The notes under the pieces were generated by a model that saw only the letters and a program-made list of their open reading frames with translations, did no database searches and was not told the origin of the DNA. Made by a program: the position numbers and the translations under genes. From assembly GCA_963711105.1 (NCBI GenBank), contig CAVQCV010000005.1, positions 833,092-897,091 of the forward strand: a stretch of 64,000 nucleotides of DNA, read 5' to 3'. Every line of letters begins with the position of its first letter. The first letter of the stretch is position 1. Positions 46,807-56,994 of this stretch are shown one piece after another. The stretch comes from an uncultured Chloroflexia bacterium. GTDB taxonomy: Bacteria; Chloroflexota; Limnocylindria; Limnocylindrales; CSP1-4.

Positions 46807-48396
46807 ATGAAGATCCTCGTTGCCGAGCCCCTGGCCAAGCAGGGCCTCGAGATCCTCCGCGCACCCGGCCATGAAGTGGACGAGAAGATCGGCCTGAGCC
46901 CGCAGGAGCTGGCCGACATCATCGGCGACTACGACGCCCTTCTCGTCCGCAGCCAGGTCAAGGTCACGGCCGACGTCCTGGCTCGGGCCAGCCGCATGGT
47001 CGTCATCGGCCGGGCCGGCGTCGGCGTGGACAACGTCGACCTGGAGGCCGCCACCAAGGCCGGAATCGTCGTCGTTAACGCCCCGACCGGGAACACCGTC
47101 TCGGCGGCCGAGCAGACGATCACCCTCATGCTCGCCCTCGCCCACAGGACCGCCGCCGCCGACGCCTCGATGCGCCGCGGTGAATGGAAGCGCAGCAGCT
47201 TCACCGGTGTCGAACTGCGCGGCCGCACGCTCGGCATCATCGGCCTGGGCAAGATCGGCATGGCCGTTGCGGATCGCGCCCGCGGCCTGGAGATGAACGT
47301 CATCGGCTACGACCCGTTCGTGACCGCCGAGCAAGCCGCACTCCACGCCGTAACCCTCGCGGAAGTTGACAAGATCATCGAGACGGCCGACGTCATCACG
47401 GTCCACGTGCCCCTCAACAAGGCCACCCGGGGCATCATCAATGCCGACAACATCGACAAGCTCAAGCCCGGCGTAATGCTGGTCAATGTCGCCCGCGGCG
47501 GCGTGTACGACGAGGCCGTCGTGGCTCAGGCGCTCAAGGACGGCAAAGTGGCCGGGGCCGCCATCGACGTCTACGAGACCGAGCCGCCAGCGGCCGACAA
47601 CCCGCTCCTGTCCGCGCCGAACACCGTTCTCACGCCGCACCTGGGCGCACTCACGGCCGAAGCTCAGCTTCGGGTGGCGGAAGAGGCCTGCGAGCAGGTC
47701 GTCGACGTCCTGGCCGGCCGCAGCGCCCGCTACGCCGTCAACGCACCGCTGCTGACCCCGGAAACGGCTCGCGCCATCGCCCCGTTCCTGGGGCTGACCG
47801 AGATGCTCGGCCGTATCGGTGCCCAGTTCTTCCGCGGCCCGGTGAAGACCCTGACGATAGATGTGGCCGGCGAACTGGCCAGCCACGACGCCTCGCAACT
47901 CACGGCCGCGGCGCTGCGGGGACTCCTCGATACCGCCACCTCGGAACGGGTCAACCTGATCAACGCCGCATTCCTGGCCAGGAACCGAGGTCTGGCCGTC
48001 AGCGAGCGCAAGACCTCCGACGCGGGGACGTTCGCGTCGCTGGTCACGCTGACGCTCGAAGGCGACACCGGCACGGCCGTTCTGGCCGGGACCGTCGCCA
48101 ACGGCGAACCCCGCCTGACCCGCATCGACGACTATTGGGTCGACATGACCCCGACGCCGCTGATGCTGGTCACCCGCCACCAGGACAAGCCGGGCACCAT
48201 GGGCCACATCGGCCTGATGCTGGGCGAGGCCGACGTCAACATCAGCGCCATGACGCTGGCCCGCCGGGGGCTGCGCCAGGACGCGCTCATGCTGCTCGCC
48301 GTCGACGAGGAGGTCCCCGACACCGTCGCGGCCGCGATCCGGAATCACCCCGCCGTCCTGGACGTCTGGGCGATCCGGACCGTCTCCGACCATTGA
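46807..48396 (+). CDS. serA: D-3-phosphoglycerate dehydrogenase (long form with ASB and ACT domains)
   Basis: The NAD site is GIIGLGKIGMAVADRA. Catalytic residues lie in VARGGVYDE...TPHLGALT. C-terminal ASB and ACT domains are present. Confidence 0.92.
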   Translation: MKILVAEPLAKQGLEILRAPGHEVDEKIGLSPQELADIIGDYDALLVRSQVKVTADVLARASRMVVIGRAGVGVDNVDLEAATKAGIVVVNAPTGNTVSAAEQTITLMLALAHRTAAADASMRRGEWKRSSFTGVELRGRTLGIIGLGKIGMAVADRARGLEMNVIGYDPFVTAEQAALHAVTLAEVDKIIETADVITVHVPLNKATRGIINADNIDKLKPGVMLVNVARGGVYDEAVVAQALKDGKVAGAAIDVYETEPPAADNPLLSAPNTVLTPHLGALTAEAQLRVAEEACEQVVDVLAGRSARYAVNAPLLTPETARAIAPFLGLTEMLGRIGAQFFRGPVKTLTIDVAGELASHDASQLTAAALRGLLDTATSERVNLINAAFLARNRGLAVSERKTSDAGTFASLVTLTLEGDTGTAVLAGTVANGEPRLTRIDDYWVDMTPTPLMLVTRHQDKPGTMGHIGLMLGEADVNISAMTLARRGLRQDALMLLAVDEEVPDTVAAAIRNHPAVLDVWAIRTVSDH

Positions 48397-49256
48397 ACTC
48401 TCCTCTGCGGGATGCGGAGCGGTCCCAAGCCGGGGCAACTCCGGCCTCTGGGACCGCTCCGCTCATTCCACCGGCCCTGGACGCGGTTCTCGTCTTGCTT
48501 CGACACGGTGAAACCGAGTTCATCGTCCAGCACCGCTTCCAGGGCCAGATGGAGGCGCCCCTCAGCGAGCGAGGCAGAAGGCAGGCCCACCTGGCCGGGG
48601 TTCGTCTGGCCGCCCCTCACGCGTCGCCACCGCTGCCGATGCCCGACAGCCCACCGTTCGCCATCGTCCACTCCCCGCTCGAACGGGCGGCGGACACGGC
48701 CCGTGCGGTCGAGGCGGCGATGGCCGTGGCCGGGCGCCCGACCCCCCTACTCCGCCCCGACCCGGGCTTCGCCGAAATCGGTCAGGGCGAATGGGAGGGC
48801 CTGGCCGATACCGAGATCAACCGCCGGTTCGGCGACACCCTGGCCGCCTGGCGGCGCTGGCCGGAGAAGAGCCACGCTCCCGGCGGTGAGTCTCTGGCCG
48901 ACGTTCGGACGCGAGTCGAGGCCTCTCTCAGCGTGCTACTGCACGCCATGGCCGACGGCTCGGCGCCCGGCACCATGGACCGCCACCAGGTTCTGGGCTA
49001 CGCCGGCACGGGCCCGCGCGACCCGCGCTGGTCGCTGATCGTCGGCCACGGTGGCGTATTCCGCGTCGTCGTATGCGCGCTGCTCGATCTGGGGCCCGAG
49101 CACTTCTGGAACTTCGACTTCGGCCTGGCGGCAATCTCGGTGATTGAGATCCGGGCCGGGCGGGCGGTGCTACGCTCGGCCAACCTCGACGGTCACCTCC
49201 AGGGGGACGTCGACCAGGCGGAAGCCTCGGACAGGAGTAAGTCGGGAGCTACCTGA
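48393..49256 (+). CDS. Histidine phosphatase superfamily protein (phosphoglycerate mutase-like); non-ATG start (TTG ~48393 or a later GTG/TTG)
   Basis: The RHG motif is VLVLLRHGETEF. SPLERAADTA and IVGHGGVFRVV follow. The in-frame upstream ATG at 48135 lies inside serA, so the start must be a non-ATG codon after the serA stop. Confidence 0.7.
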   Translation: MNSPLRDAERSQAGATPASGTAPLIPPALDAVLVLLRHGETEFIVQHRFQGQMEAPLSERGRRQAHLAGVRLAAPHASPPLPMPDSPPFAIVHSPLERAADTARAVEAAMAVAGRPTPLLRPDPGFAEIGQGEWEGLADTEINRRFGDTLAAWRRWPEKSHAPGGESLADVRTRVEASLSVLLHAMADGSAPGTMDRHQVLGYAGTGPRDPRWSLIVGHGGVFRVVVCALLDLGPEHFWNFDFGLAAISVIEIRAGRAVLRSANLDGHLQGDVDQAEASDRSKSGAT

Positions 49257-51702
49257 GGCGGCCGTCGGTCCGGGGTCGCCTCGCGGCCTTCCGCCGGGAC
49301 GGATTCGGCCGCCGGCCGGGCAACCGAAGCAACAACCGGATCAGCGCCGACCTGACGGCCCGTTTCGCCCCCGCGAGGGCCACCAGGCCGTCCGGCGTAG
49401 GCTCGCGCCGTCCGTAGACCACCTCGACGTGGGCCATCGCGACTTCGGCCAGAGGCTCTCGCGCCTTCGGAACGATCTCGGCCAGCATGCCCGTGTACTC
49501 GAACACCGTCTGCGTCGGCGACGGGCTGTAGCCGAGGCGGGCGGCCAGCTTGACGATGCCGGTGTAGACGGCGGCCGGCGTTTCCGGCCGGCGCGGGCGC
49601 CTGGTCCACAATGCCGCGATGGCCAACAATCCGGCCAAGGAAATCAGACCCGGGACGATCAGCCCGGTCGGACCGCCATCGGTGTGGCCGGACCCACTCG
49701 GCGGAGTGGAAGGCTCGAACACGGTGCGGTGCGGGACACCTCCCGGGGAGCCGGCAGCGCCGCTGGACGACGGACCCGGAGTCGGCGTGGCGGCAACGGG
49801 CTGGCCGGCCGGCAGGTTCGTGGGCGCACCGATCGAGCCGCCGGTCGGATCGAACGGGATCCAGCCGTACCCCGGGAAGTAGACCTCGACCCAGGCGTGC
49901 CGCTGCTGGCCGGTCAGTTGCTCCTGGCGGCTGGCCTGATCGACATGACCCGCGAGGTAGCCCTCGACGTAGCGTGCCGGGAAGCCCTGCATTCGCATCA
50001 GCATCGTCATCGTCGTCGCGTACTGCTCGCAGAAACCGTGCTTGTACTTGGCGAAGCAGTCCGCGGTCGACAGGCCGGCGCACTTGTCCACGAGGTTGGT
50101 CAGGTTCGTGTCGTAGGTGAAGTGGCCCGGATCGCGCAGATAGGCCTGAATGGCGTCCGCGGCGTCGTATTCGTTGGCGAAGTACCCGGTCTTGGGGTCA
50201 ATGGCGTAGCCGCTCCCTCGACCCCAGGTCACGATTTCGGCCAGCAGCGCCTTGGCGTCCGCGCCGACGAGTCCCGTACCCTGCGTGTAGCGCGACAGCA
50301 ACTCCGGGTCGAAGTCCGTACCGGCGTGGCGAAGCCGCCACTGCGTCAAACCCAGGCCCTTCGGATCCAGGTCAGGAACCAGCGAGGTGATCGTGTACGT
50401 ATCCGCGGCGACCCCAAACCAGACCACATCCGTGGCCTCGGGCGTCGTGCCGACGAGAATCCGCGTCAGCCGCACGTTGGCCGAGGCCGGTTCACTGGCG
50501 ATGATGGCGTGCTTGAGCGAGTGGTCCTTGACGTAGACCGTGTACGTGAACTGGACCCGTCCCACCGCGTCGCCGACGTCGTCCAGGGTGCCGGCGTCGA
50601 TGGGGTCACCGGCGGCTATGTTCGTCGCCGGCGGACCCGGGCTGATCTCCCAGCTGATCTTGTGGAAGGAATCGTATGCCACCACGCGCCAGTGGGCGTT
50701 GGTTGGGCTGTCCGGGGCGGACAGCGTGACGACCACGTCGCTGGTGGCGTGGAAGGTCGAGCCTATCGTCTTGGAGGCCCCAAAGTCGGCCCCGCTCGGG
50801 ACGCGGCTCTGGCCGCCCGCCGGCAAGTAGTTGCTCACCCATGTGGCGAACTCGTTGAAATTGTCGCGAAGCCCGGGCCAGGCATCCGCCAGGGGCGCCG
50901 AACTGGCGACCGAGGTCAGGATCAGCGCGGCGGCAATCGCCAGCGACGCGAAGGCCATGCCGTTCTCGGAGCGCGGAGCCCGGAAGTCGCTGCCGCGCCA
51001 GATGCGGTGGCGCTGCAAGCCGGACCTTTCCTCGGCAGAGTGGACGCGGGCGAGGAGGGCAAGGGCAAGGCCGCTGAACAGCACCAGGGCCCAGAACTGG
51101 TCGTTGTAGGTCACGACCATGTTGGCCAGCAAGATCGCGGCCAGGAGAAGCACGGCGTTGATGGGCCGGTGGTATCCGAAGACGGCATAGGACGCGGATT
51201 GCGCCGTGCCCCAGACGAAGATGCCCAGGATCAGGCAGAAATGCCCCACCTGAGTCGTCGCGATCTGGCGTCTCCAGGTCAAGTCCAGATACGCCTGGGT
51301 CACCGAATCTGCCGTCGCGTTGAACCAACCCCACAGACCGGGCTTCGCTCCGGGCAGGACCGACCCGACGGCCTCGATCAGGACGATGGCTCCCACGGCC
51401 GCACCGAGGACTTGAGCTTGCCACGGCGCCAGAGGCAAGCGTGAGCTCAGGTAGCCCCAGGCCGCAGCTGCGAAGGCGACCCAGATCAGGAAAGAGGTCA
51501 GGTCGTCGCGGCCCAGGATCCAGCGCGCGTCGGCGATGGACCAGGCCATCGTTCCCGCGAGAACCAGAACGAGAACCACGCTCAGCCACCCCTCGTCCGG
51601 TCGAGCGCCGCCGACAAGACGTCCCAGGAGACTCGGTTCGGCGTGACTGTCATCCCGACCGGGCACGCGCCGGTCCCGCGACTCTGCGTATCGGGCCGTC
51701 AT
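49249..51702 (-). CDS. Transglutaminase-like membrane protein (TgpA family: N-terminal multi-TM DUF3488, transglutaminase core, C-terminal DUF4129)
   Basis: Six N-terminal TM helices are present. The TGase core reads CAGLSTADCFAKYKHGFCEQYATTMTMLMRMQGFPARYVEGY...GQQRHAWVEVYFPGYGWIPFDPT. The start is assigned to the ATG overlapping the DUF58 stop (ATGA). Confidence 0.85.
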   Translation of the reverse strand: MTARYAESRDRRVPGRDDSHAEPSLLGRLVGGARPDEGWLSVVLVLVLAGTMAWSIADARWILGRDDLTSFLIWVAFAAAAWGYLSSRLPLAPWQAQVLGAAVGAIVLIEAVGSVLPGAKPGLWGWFNATADSVTQAYLDLTWRRQIATTQVGHFCLILGIFVWGTAQSASYAVFGYHRPINAVLLLAAILLANMVVTYNDQFWALVLFSGLALALLARVHSAEERSGLQRHRIWRGSDFRAPRSENGMAFASLAIAAALILTSVASSAPLADAWPGLRDNFNEFATWVSNYLPAGGQSRVPSGADFGASKTIGSTFHATSDVVVTLSAPDSPTNAHWRVVAYDSFHKISWEISPGPPATNIAAGDPIDAGTLDDVGDAVGRVQFTYTVYVKDHSLKHAIIASEPASANVRLTRILVGTTPEATDVVWFGVAADTYTITSLVPDLDPKGLGLTQWRLRHAGTDFDPELLSRYTQGTGLVGADAKALLAEIVTWGRGSGYAIDPKTGYFANEYDAADAIQAYLRDPGHFTYDTNLTNLVDKCAGLSTADCFAKYKHGFCEQYATTMTMLMRMQGFPARYVEGYLAGHVDQASRQEQLTGQQRHAWVEVYFPGYGWIPFDPTGGSIGAPTNLPAGQPVAATPTPGPSSSGAAGSPGGVPHRTVFEPSTPPSGSGHTDGGPTGLIVPGLISLAGLLAIAALWTRRPRRPETPAAVYTGIVKLAARLGYSPSPTQTVFEYTGMLAEIVPKAREPLAEVAMAHVEVVYGRREPTPDGLVALAGAKRAVRSALIRLLLRLPGRRPNPSRRKAARRPRTDGRLR

Positions 51703-52904
51703 GACAGCACCACCGCCAGATCGTCGCCTGCCCGGATCACGCACGTCTTGAGCTGGTATTCCGCCAGGGCGAACCGAAGGGCACGGCGATCCTCCGACTC
51801 GGCCTCGGGGGGCCGCGGCCAGCGGTCGTAGCTGTCCGCGTCGAGGGTCACCACGACCGCCGATACGCCCCGGCCGCGCAGACCGGTGAGCGTCCGGACC
51901 CAGGCTCGGTCGGTCGAAGGGGTGACAACGACGGCGGTCATGCCGCGGCGCAGCTTGGGCAGACCCGTCAGCAGAACCTCCGCCAGGGGCGTCCGCCCGT
52001 CACCCGCAACCGCGGCCATGAGCTGCATGATCTTGAAACGCTGCCTGGCTCCACGGTCGGCCGGTATCTCTACGATCCGGTGGCCGCTGGTCGTCAGGCC
52101 GACGGCCCGGTTCTCGAGAATCGCGTCGTGGCCGATAGAGGCGGCCACGCGCAGCGATTGTTCGACAGTGGACTCGTCGTCAACGCCCCCCGCCACGGCC
52201 GCCTCCAGGTCCACGAACAACCATACGTCCGCGGTCTGCTCCAGGTCGAACTCCTTGACCTGGATCTCGCCGAGCCGCGCCGTGCTCCGCCAATGGATGC
52301 GGTTGAAGCTGTCGCCGGGCGCGTACGGTCGAACCGAAGTTGCCAGTGGCGTCGTCTGGAGCGTCCGTTCCGGGGCGGAATGCGAGCCCTCGAGATTCGC
52401 GTTCGGGAGCCGCCACCTCGGCAGTGGAACGACCTGCGGGAAGACGGTCACCACCGTCGGCCGGCCAACCGTTGCGGCGGCCTCGAAGAACCCGAACGGG
52501 TCGCCGGTCCGGACGACCATCGGCTCGATCCGGAAGGTTCCCCGCCGGGTCAACGGCACGATGGCGACCCACGAACGCTTGGCCCATGACCGCAGGCCCA
52601 TCGCCCGCCCGGGCAGAGCCACCGGCAAGTCCGTGGGGTTGTAGATCTCCAACCACGGCTTGGGCAGCGGGCTGGCGTTAGAGATGCTGTAGGTCGTGCG
52701 AAGGTCTTCGCCGACGTGGCCCTGACGGTGGTCCACACGGTAACCGGCCTCCAGATCCGCCAGTCCGAATCTGGTCAGGACGTAGCTGCCGCCCACCGCC
52801 AGCAGCCCCAAATAGACAACGTAGAAGAGCAGCGGCAGGCCGCTCGTGAACGCGGCCAGCAGCAGAACCACCGCCACGAGCAGGAGTTGCAGGCGCCTGA
52901 TCAT
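51699..52904 (-). CDS. DUF58-family protein (vWA-like fold, MoxR partner)
   Basis: An N-terminal TM pair is followed by SFNRIHWRSTARLGEIQVKEFDLEQTADVWLFVD and a C-terminal vWA-like region. Confidence 0.8.
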   Translation of the reverse strand: MIRRLQLLLVAVVLLLAAFTSGLPLLFYVVYLGLLAVGGSYVLTRFGLADLEAGYRVDHRQGHVGEDLRTTYSISNASPLPKPWLEIYNPTDLPVALPGRAMGLRSWAKRSWVAIVPLTRRGTFRIEPMVVRTGDPFGFFEAAATVGRPTVVTVFPQVVPLPRWRLPNANLEGSHSAPERTLQTTPLATSVRPYAPGDSFNRIHWRSTARLGEIQVKEFDLEQTADVWLFVDLEAAVAGGVDDESTVEQSLRVAASIGHDAILENRAVGLTTSGHRIVEIPADRGARQRFKIMQLMAAVAGDGRTPLAEVLLTGLPKLRRGMTAVVVTPSTDRAWVRTLTGLRGRGVSAVVVTLDADSYDRWPRPPEAESEDRRALRFALAEYQLKTCVIRAGDDLAVVLS

Positions 52905-52925
52905 GATGAACTTCCCTGGCCCCTA

Positions 52926-53960
52926 TCAGCGGGCCGGGCTGCCCGCGTCCCTGGCTGCGGCGCCCTTCCGGATATCCGAGGGCGACAGCGAACGCTCGCC
53001 GTGGCGGGCCGGCGCGGCCCCCACACGCGAGTCGACCGGCACCGATGCCAGTAATTCGTCAACAACCTGGCGCGGCTCGATGTCGTGCATCGAGGAACTC
53101 GTCTTGATGATCAGCCGGTGAGCGAGGCAGGACTCGGCGAGGGCCTTGATGTCGTCGGGAATGACGTAGTCTCGCCCGGCGAGTGCGGCATAGGCCTGGC
53201 CGGTGCGATACAGGGCCAGCGAGCCACGCGGCGAGGCGCCCAGATACACGTCCGGATGCGTTCGGGTGGCATTCACCAGCCGGACAATGTAGTCCGCCAC
53301 CCCGGGATCGACGTAGATGTCGCGCACGGCCAGTTGCAGCTCGCGCAGCTCCTCAACCGTCAGGACTTCCTGGAGCCCGTCGATCGGGTGCGTAACCTTC
53401 TGCTGGTCGAGGATGCTCAGCTCGTCGACGTGGCTCGGGTAGCCCAGCCGGATGCGCAACATGAACCTGTCCAGCTGAGCTTCGGGGAGCGCGAACGTGC
53501 CCTCGTACTCGATCGGGTTCTGGGTCGCGATCACGATGAACGGCTCGGGCATGGCGTAGGTCGTGCCGTCGATCGTGGCCTGATGCTCCTCCATGCACTC
53601 GAGCAGGGAGGACTGGGTCTTGGGTGTGGCACGGTTGATCTCGTCCGCCAGAACCACCTGGGCCATGATCGGGCCCGGCCGGAATTCGAACTCCCGGGTC
53701 TTCTGGTTGTAGATGGACAGGCCCGTGACGTCCGACGGCAGCAGGTCCGGCGTGAACTGGATTCGCCTGAACGAGCAGCCCAGACTCCTGGCAACGGCTT
53801 TGGCGAGCATCGTCTTGCCGGTGCCGGGGACGTCCTCGATCAGCAGGTGGCCACGGCACAGCAGCGCGACCAGAGTGAGCCGCACCTCCTGGCTCTTGCC
53901 GACGATTACGCGTTCGACGTTGGCGGCGACCTTCTCGCCGGTCGTTTGAATGCTCGTCAT
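52926..53960 (-). CDS. moxR: MoxR-family AAA+ ATPase
   Basis: The Walker A is [42 protein letters not shown] and the MoxR-specific [23 protein letters not shown] are present. Confidence 0.92.
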   Translation of the reverse strand: MTSIQTTGEKVAANVERVIVGKSQEVRLTLVALLCRGHLLIEDVPGTGKTMLAKAVARSLGCSFRRIQFTPDLLPSDVTGLSIYNQKTREFEFRPGPIMAQVVLADEINRATPKTQSSLLECMEEHQATIDGTTYAMPEPFIVIATQNPIEYEGTFALPEAQLDRFMLRIRLGYPSHVDELSILDQQKVTHPIDGLQEVLTVEELRELQLAVRDIYVDPGVADYIVRLVNATRTHPDVYLGASPRGSLALYRTGQAYAALAGRDYVIPDDIKALAESCLAHRLIIKTSSSMHDIEPRQVVDELLASVPVDSRVGAAPARHGERSLSPSDIRKGAAARDAGSPAR

Positions 53961-54286
53961 CTATCTCACTTCCGGGCTGGAGGACCGAGTCTGATCCGCG
54001 GCCTGGTCGACGGAGCGCGTCCCACCCTTCGCCCATCGCCGTCGGGGTCCCGACATACTACGCCGAGTCTGGACTTTGCTTTCGCTGCCTTCCCGCGTCG
54101 CCGCGTCCGGCGTACCGGCGATTCCGTCTCGCAGGCCGCATCGAACCGCGCCCAGGACATCATGGGACCTTCGGACCGGAGGCCGAGTACGAGCAGGGCG
54201 GCAGCGCGAGATTGCGTGTGGGCGTAACCTCGCCACGGGCAAAGCAGAGCATGCGCCCCGGCCCGCGCGCGAATACCGGAGCCCAG

Positions 54287-56368
54287 ATGCAAGAACTCGC
54301 CGACTCGTTCTGCGAACGGTGTGGTACACGCTACACCTTCAGTACGACCCAGAAGTCGCCCGTTCAGAAGGCACGCGTGCTGGCCCGTGGCCTGAAGCAC
54401 TTCGTGATGAACGACGGCTCGAGTCTCGACGAGTCGATACAGGCAGCCCGCATCGACACCGGCAGGCTGGAGACGGTTCGGGCCACCGAGCAGTTTCACA
54501 AGACCTTCAACTTCTGCATGATCTGTCGGCAGTACGCCTGCGATAAGTGCTGGAACGAGAACCAGGGCGCCTGCCTTTCGTGCGCGCCGCTGTGGAACCA
54601 GCCCGCCGTCGCCCCCGAGGACCAGCTTCCCACCCCCAGCTCCGTCGCGCGAGCCGGGCATCCAGGCCAGGAACTCGGGCGGAGCGCCCCCATCGCGGAT
54701 CTGCCCCCGGAGACGATCGAATGGCCGGCGGAGGACATGGACGTCGTCCAGCCTGCCGCAGCGGCCAAACAGGCGCCCGCTGTCTCATCCGCGCCGGTCG
54801 CCATCCAGCCCGATCAAGCCCCCGCTCGCGCTCCGCGGCAGACCCGGCCGGCTCAATCGGCCCGCCCCGCTCCCGCGCCCCCGGCCAAACAAGCTCAGAC
54901 CTCCCCGGCCAGTTCGATGCCGTCGCCGAGCGACGGGGCCCCCGTGCAGGACCTCCAGCCGGTCGAGCCGCAAGCGGAGACACCCGCCCTGCCCGCCGCG
55001 CCGACCTCGCGGGCCGCCCTGCCCGAGCCGCGCACGCCGTCGTGGGTCCTGGATCGAGAACGTGACGCCGCCACGGAAATGCGGGAGAAGTCCCAGGCTT
55101 GGATGGCAGCCGACGACGACTGGGCACTCTGGCCACTCGATCGGATCGAGACGCCCCCACCCGTGCCGGCGGCCGATCTGCCCGGTTCGCCGGCGTCAGG
55201 TGGTCCGGGTCCCACTGCAGGCCCGGCCCCACGCACCCGACAGACAGCGGCCTCCCGGGGAATTCAGGAGGCCACGCCCCTCGCCCAGGCACCGATTCCT
55301 CCGGCACCTGAACCGAAGGCCGTCGAGCGTCCCGCGGCGCGCAGGTCTCCGGTCTCGAGTCGACCAGAACCTGAGCGGGCGGCCCCGGCCGCGGGCGTGG
55401 AACCGGTCGAATCCGTGACACCGGCAGGTCCGGCTCCGGAGCTGCCCGCTGCCGCGGAGCAGTCGGGCTTCGACATCATCGGCTCCCTGCGGCAGCCCGC
55501 CGCGGTGCCACCGCCGGACGAGACGGAGCCGAAGGCTCGCCGCGCACCGGTCGTCGGTCGTCTCCTCGGACACCGCAACCGCGAGGCCCAGCCGCCGGCG
55601 CAGCTGGAGAGCCGGCCGCCTGCGCAGCCGGAGAGCCGGCCACGCCCCGAGCGCCGCGGAGGACGCGCCTCGCACGAGACCGGCGAGGTGTCCTGGCCGA
55701 GGCCGACCCGATGGGCGGATCGTCCCGTGGCCGAGCCCGAGTTCTCGGCCGAAGAAGCACAGCCGACTGCGCTCGACGCGCCGGTCGCGCCGCCGCTGCC
55801 GGCATCGCTCGAGGCCCAGGCTCAGGCGAATCCGCCCGCCGTCGCGACTCCGGTAGCGCACCCCGCGCCCAGCGCCCCGGCCGCGCCGAGCGCACCGGCC
55901 GCGCCGAGCGGGCCGGCCGCGCCGAGCCAGCCCGAGAAACCATTCAGGCAAGCCGCCCAGCCTCCCGCTGCCGAACCCGCAGACGCCATGCCGGCCGGCG
56001 AAGCCCAGGCCAGGCAGCCGGCGGCTCTCCAGCGGCCCGCCGGTCCCCCGCCCGGTGCCGAGCCCCGCGCCGCAGGGTTGCCCGAACATCCGGTCTGGCC
56101 ACCGGTCGGCGCCATATGGCCGCCGCAGGACCTCGAACCGTCGCCGCCGGCGCCACAACCGGCCCGTGCGGCCGTGCCCCCGGCCGCACTTACGGCCCGC
56201 CGCGGCGACCGTGGTGACCCAACGGAATCGCCGCTCGTCGCCGAACTGTGGGCCGAGTCCGCGCAGCAAGTGGTGGACCTGGGCGGTGTTCGTGTCTGCA
56301 ACAGCTGCGGCTTGCCTGTATCGACGCACGCCCGGTTCTGCCGGCGCTGCGGCTCGCGTCAGGACTGA
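54287..56368 (+). CDS. Zinc-ribbon-bookended protein with a ~550-aa Pro/Ala-rich low-complexity central region
   Basis: The N-terminus carries FCERCGTRYTF...CMICRQYACDKCWNENQGACLSCAP. The C-terminus carries VCNSCGLPVSTHARFCRRCGS. The middle is P/A/E/Q-rich and contains an 18-bp DNA tandem repeat x3 at ~55871..55929 (APAAPS units). Confidence 0.6.
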   Translation: MQELADSFCERCGTRYTFSTTQKSPVQKARVLARGLKHFVMNDGSSLDESIQAARIDTGRLETVRATEQFHKTFNFCMICRQYACDKCWNENQGACLSCAPLWNQPAVAPEDQLPTPSSVARAGHPGQELGRSAPIADLPPETIEWPAEDMDVVQPAAAAKQAPAVSSAPVAIQPDQAPARAPRQTRPAQSARPAPAPPAKQAQTSPASSMPSPSDGAPVQDLQPVEPQAETPALPAAPTSRAALPEPRTPSWVLDRERDAATEMREKSQAWMAADDDWALWPLDRIETPPPVPAADLPGSPASGGPGPTAGPAPRTRQTAASRGIQEATPLAQAPIPPAPEPKAVERPAARRSPVSSRPEPERAAPAAGVEPVESVTPAGPAPELPAAAEQSGFDIIGSLRQPAAVPPPDETEPKARRAPVVGRLLGHRNREAQPPAQLESRPPAQPESRPRPERRGGRASHETGEVSWPRPTRWADRPVAEPEFSAEEAQPTALDAPVAPPLPASLEAQAQANPPAVATPVAHPAPSAPAAPSAPAAPSGPAAPSQPEKPFRQAAQPPAAEPADAMPAGEAQARQPAALQRPAGPPPGAEPRAAGLPEHPVWPPVGAIWPPQDLEPSPPAPQPARAAVPPAALTARRGDRGDPTESPLVAELWAESAQQVVDLGGVRVCNSCGLPVSTHARFCRRCGSRQD

Positions 56369-56405
56369 CGCACCCGGTGTCGGCGGGCACCCAGGGTTTC
56401 CTGGA

Positions 56406-56648
56406 TCAGTAGTCCAGATCCTCGAACAATCCCGGCTGCAAATCCTCGCCGTGGACGGCGCCGTGCGGGCGGACGAGCGACCGGACCTGGGCTTTGCGAA
56501 CGAATCGCTTGTTGCCAAGCTTGATGCTGATCAGCTGGCCGGTGCGAGCCCAGCGGCCGATGGTGTCGGACTTGAAATGGACGTTGTGCGCAGCGAGCAA
56601 ATCAGCCGCCTCCGACAGGGTGATCCAGTCGGTCGGTGGCTTCGACAT
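56406..56648 (-). CDS. Excisionase/MerR-like helix-turn-helix DNA-binding protein (HTH_17-type)
   Basis: The sequence WITLSEAADLLAAHNVHFKSDTIGRWARTGQLISIKLGNKRFV fits an excisionase-type HTH. Confidence 0.6.
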   Translation of the reverse strand: MSKPPTDWITLSEAADLLAAHNVHFKSDTIGRWARTGQLISIKLGNKRFVRKAQVRSLVRPHGAVHGEDLQPGLFEDLDY

Positions 56649-56651
56649 CGC

Positions 56652-56987
56652 TCAGTTGCCGTCCGGGGTGGACGACGCGGCCGCCCCACCGGATGCAGGG
56701 CCGTCGGATGCCGCCCCACCCGAACCGGCTCCAGCCGAGGCGGCGCCGCCCGAGGCCTCAACCGCAGGACCCAATTCCTGCTCCCCCTTGTGGGACCCGC
56801 CGGAACGGCCCGATGACTTCTCCTTGCGGGCCCAGCCCGTGCCTTTGTAGTGGACGGTCGGCGGGGCGAAGACCTTCTTCATTGGGCTGCCGCAGGCCGG
56901 GCAAGCTGTCGGTCCGTCGCCGTGGACGGAGTGCATGACCTCCACCTTGTGGCCGCACGCGGTACAGACGTAGTCATACAGGGGCAT
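56652..56987 (-). CDS. fmdB: FmdB-family zinc-ribbon protein with Gly/Ser/Ala-rich C-terminal tail
   Basis: The N-terminus MPLYDYVCTACGHKVEVMHSVHGDGPTACPACGSPMKKVFAPP is the canonical FmdB motif. The tail is low-complexity (SGGAASAGAGSGGAASDG). Confidence 0.8.
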   Translation of the reverse strand: MPLYDYVCTACGHKVEVMHSVHGDGPTACPACGSPMKKVFAPPTVHYKGTGWARKEKSSGRSGGSHKGEQELGPAVEASGGAASAGAGSGGAASDGPASGGAAASSTPDGN

Positions 56988-56994
56988 CTTGCGT

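Noticed and set aside
46252-48438. 728-aa minus-strand ORF antisense to serC/serA
   Set aside because: Same reasoning: the plus strand encodes clear SerA/aminotransferase motifs, and the antisense product is low-complexity.
49144-51444. 766-aa plus-strand ORF antisense to tgpA
   Set aside because: It is Arg/Gly-rich junk, and the transglutaminase core on the minus strand is clear.
56406-56648. Excisionase-like HTH as a marker of an integrated mobile element near the tRNA/valS region
   Set aside because: No integrase, recombinase, transposase, att-like direct repeats or phage structural genes occur anywhere in the window. The HTH gene is embedded in a housekeeping context.
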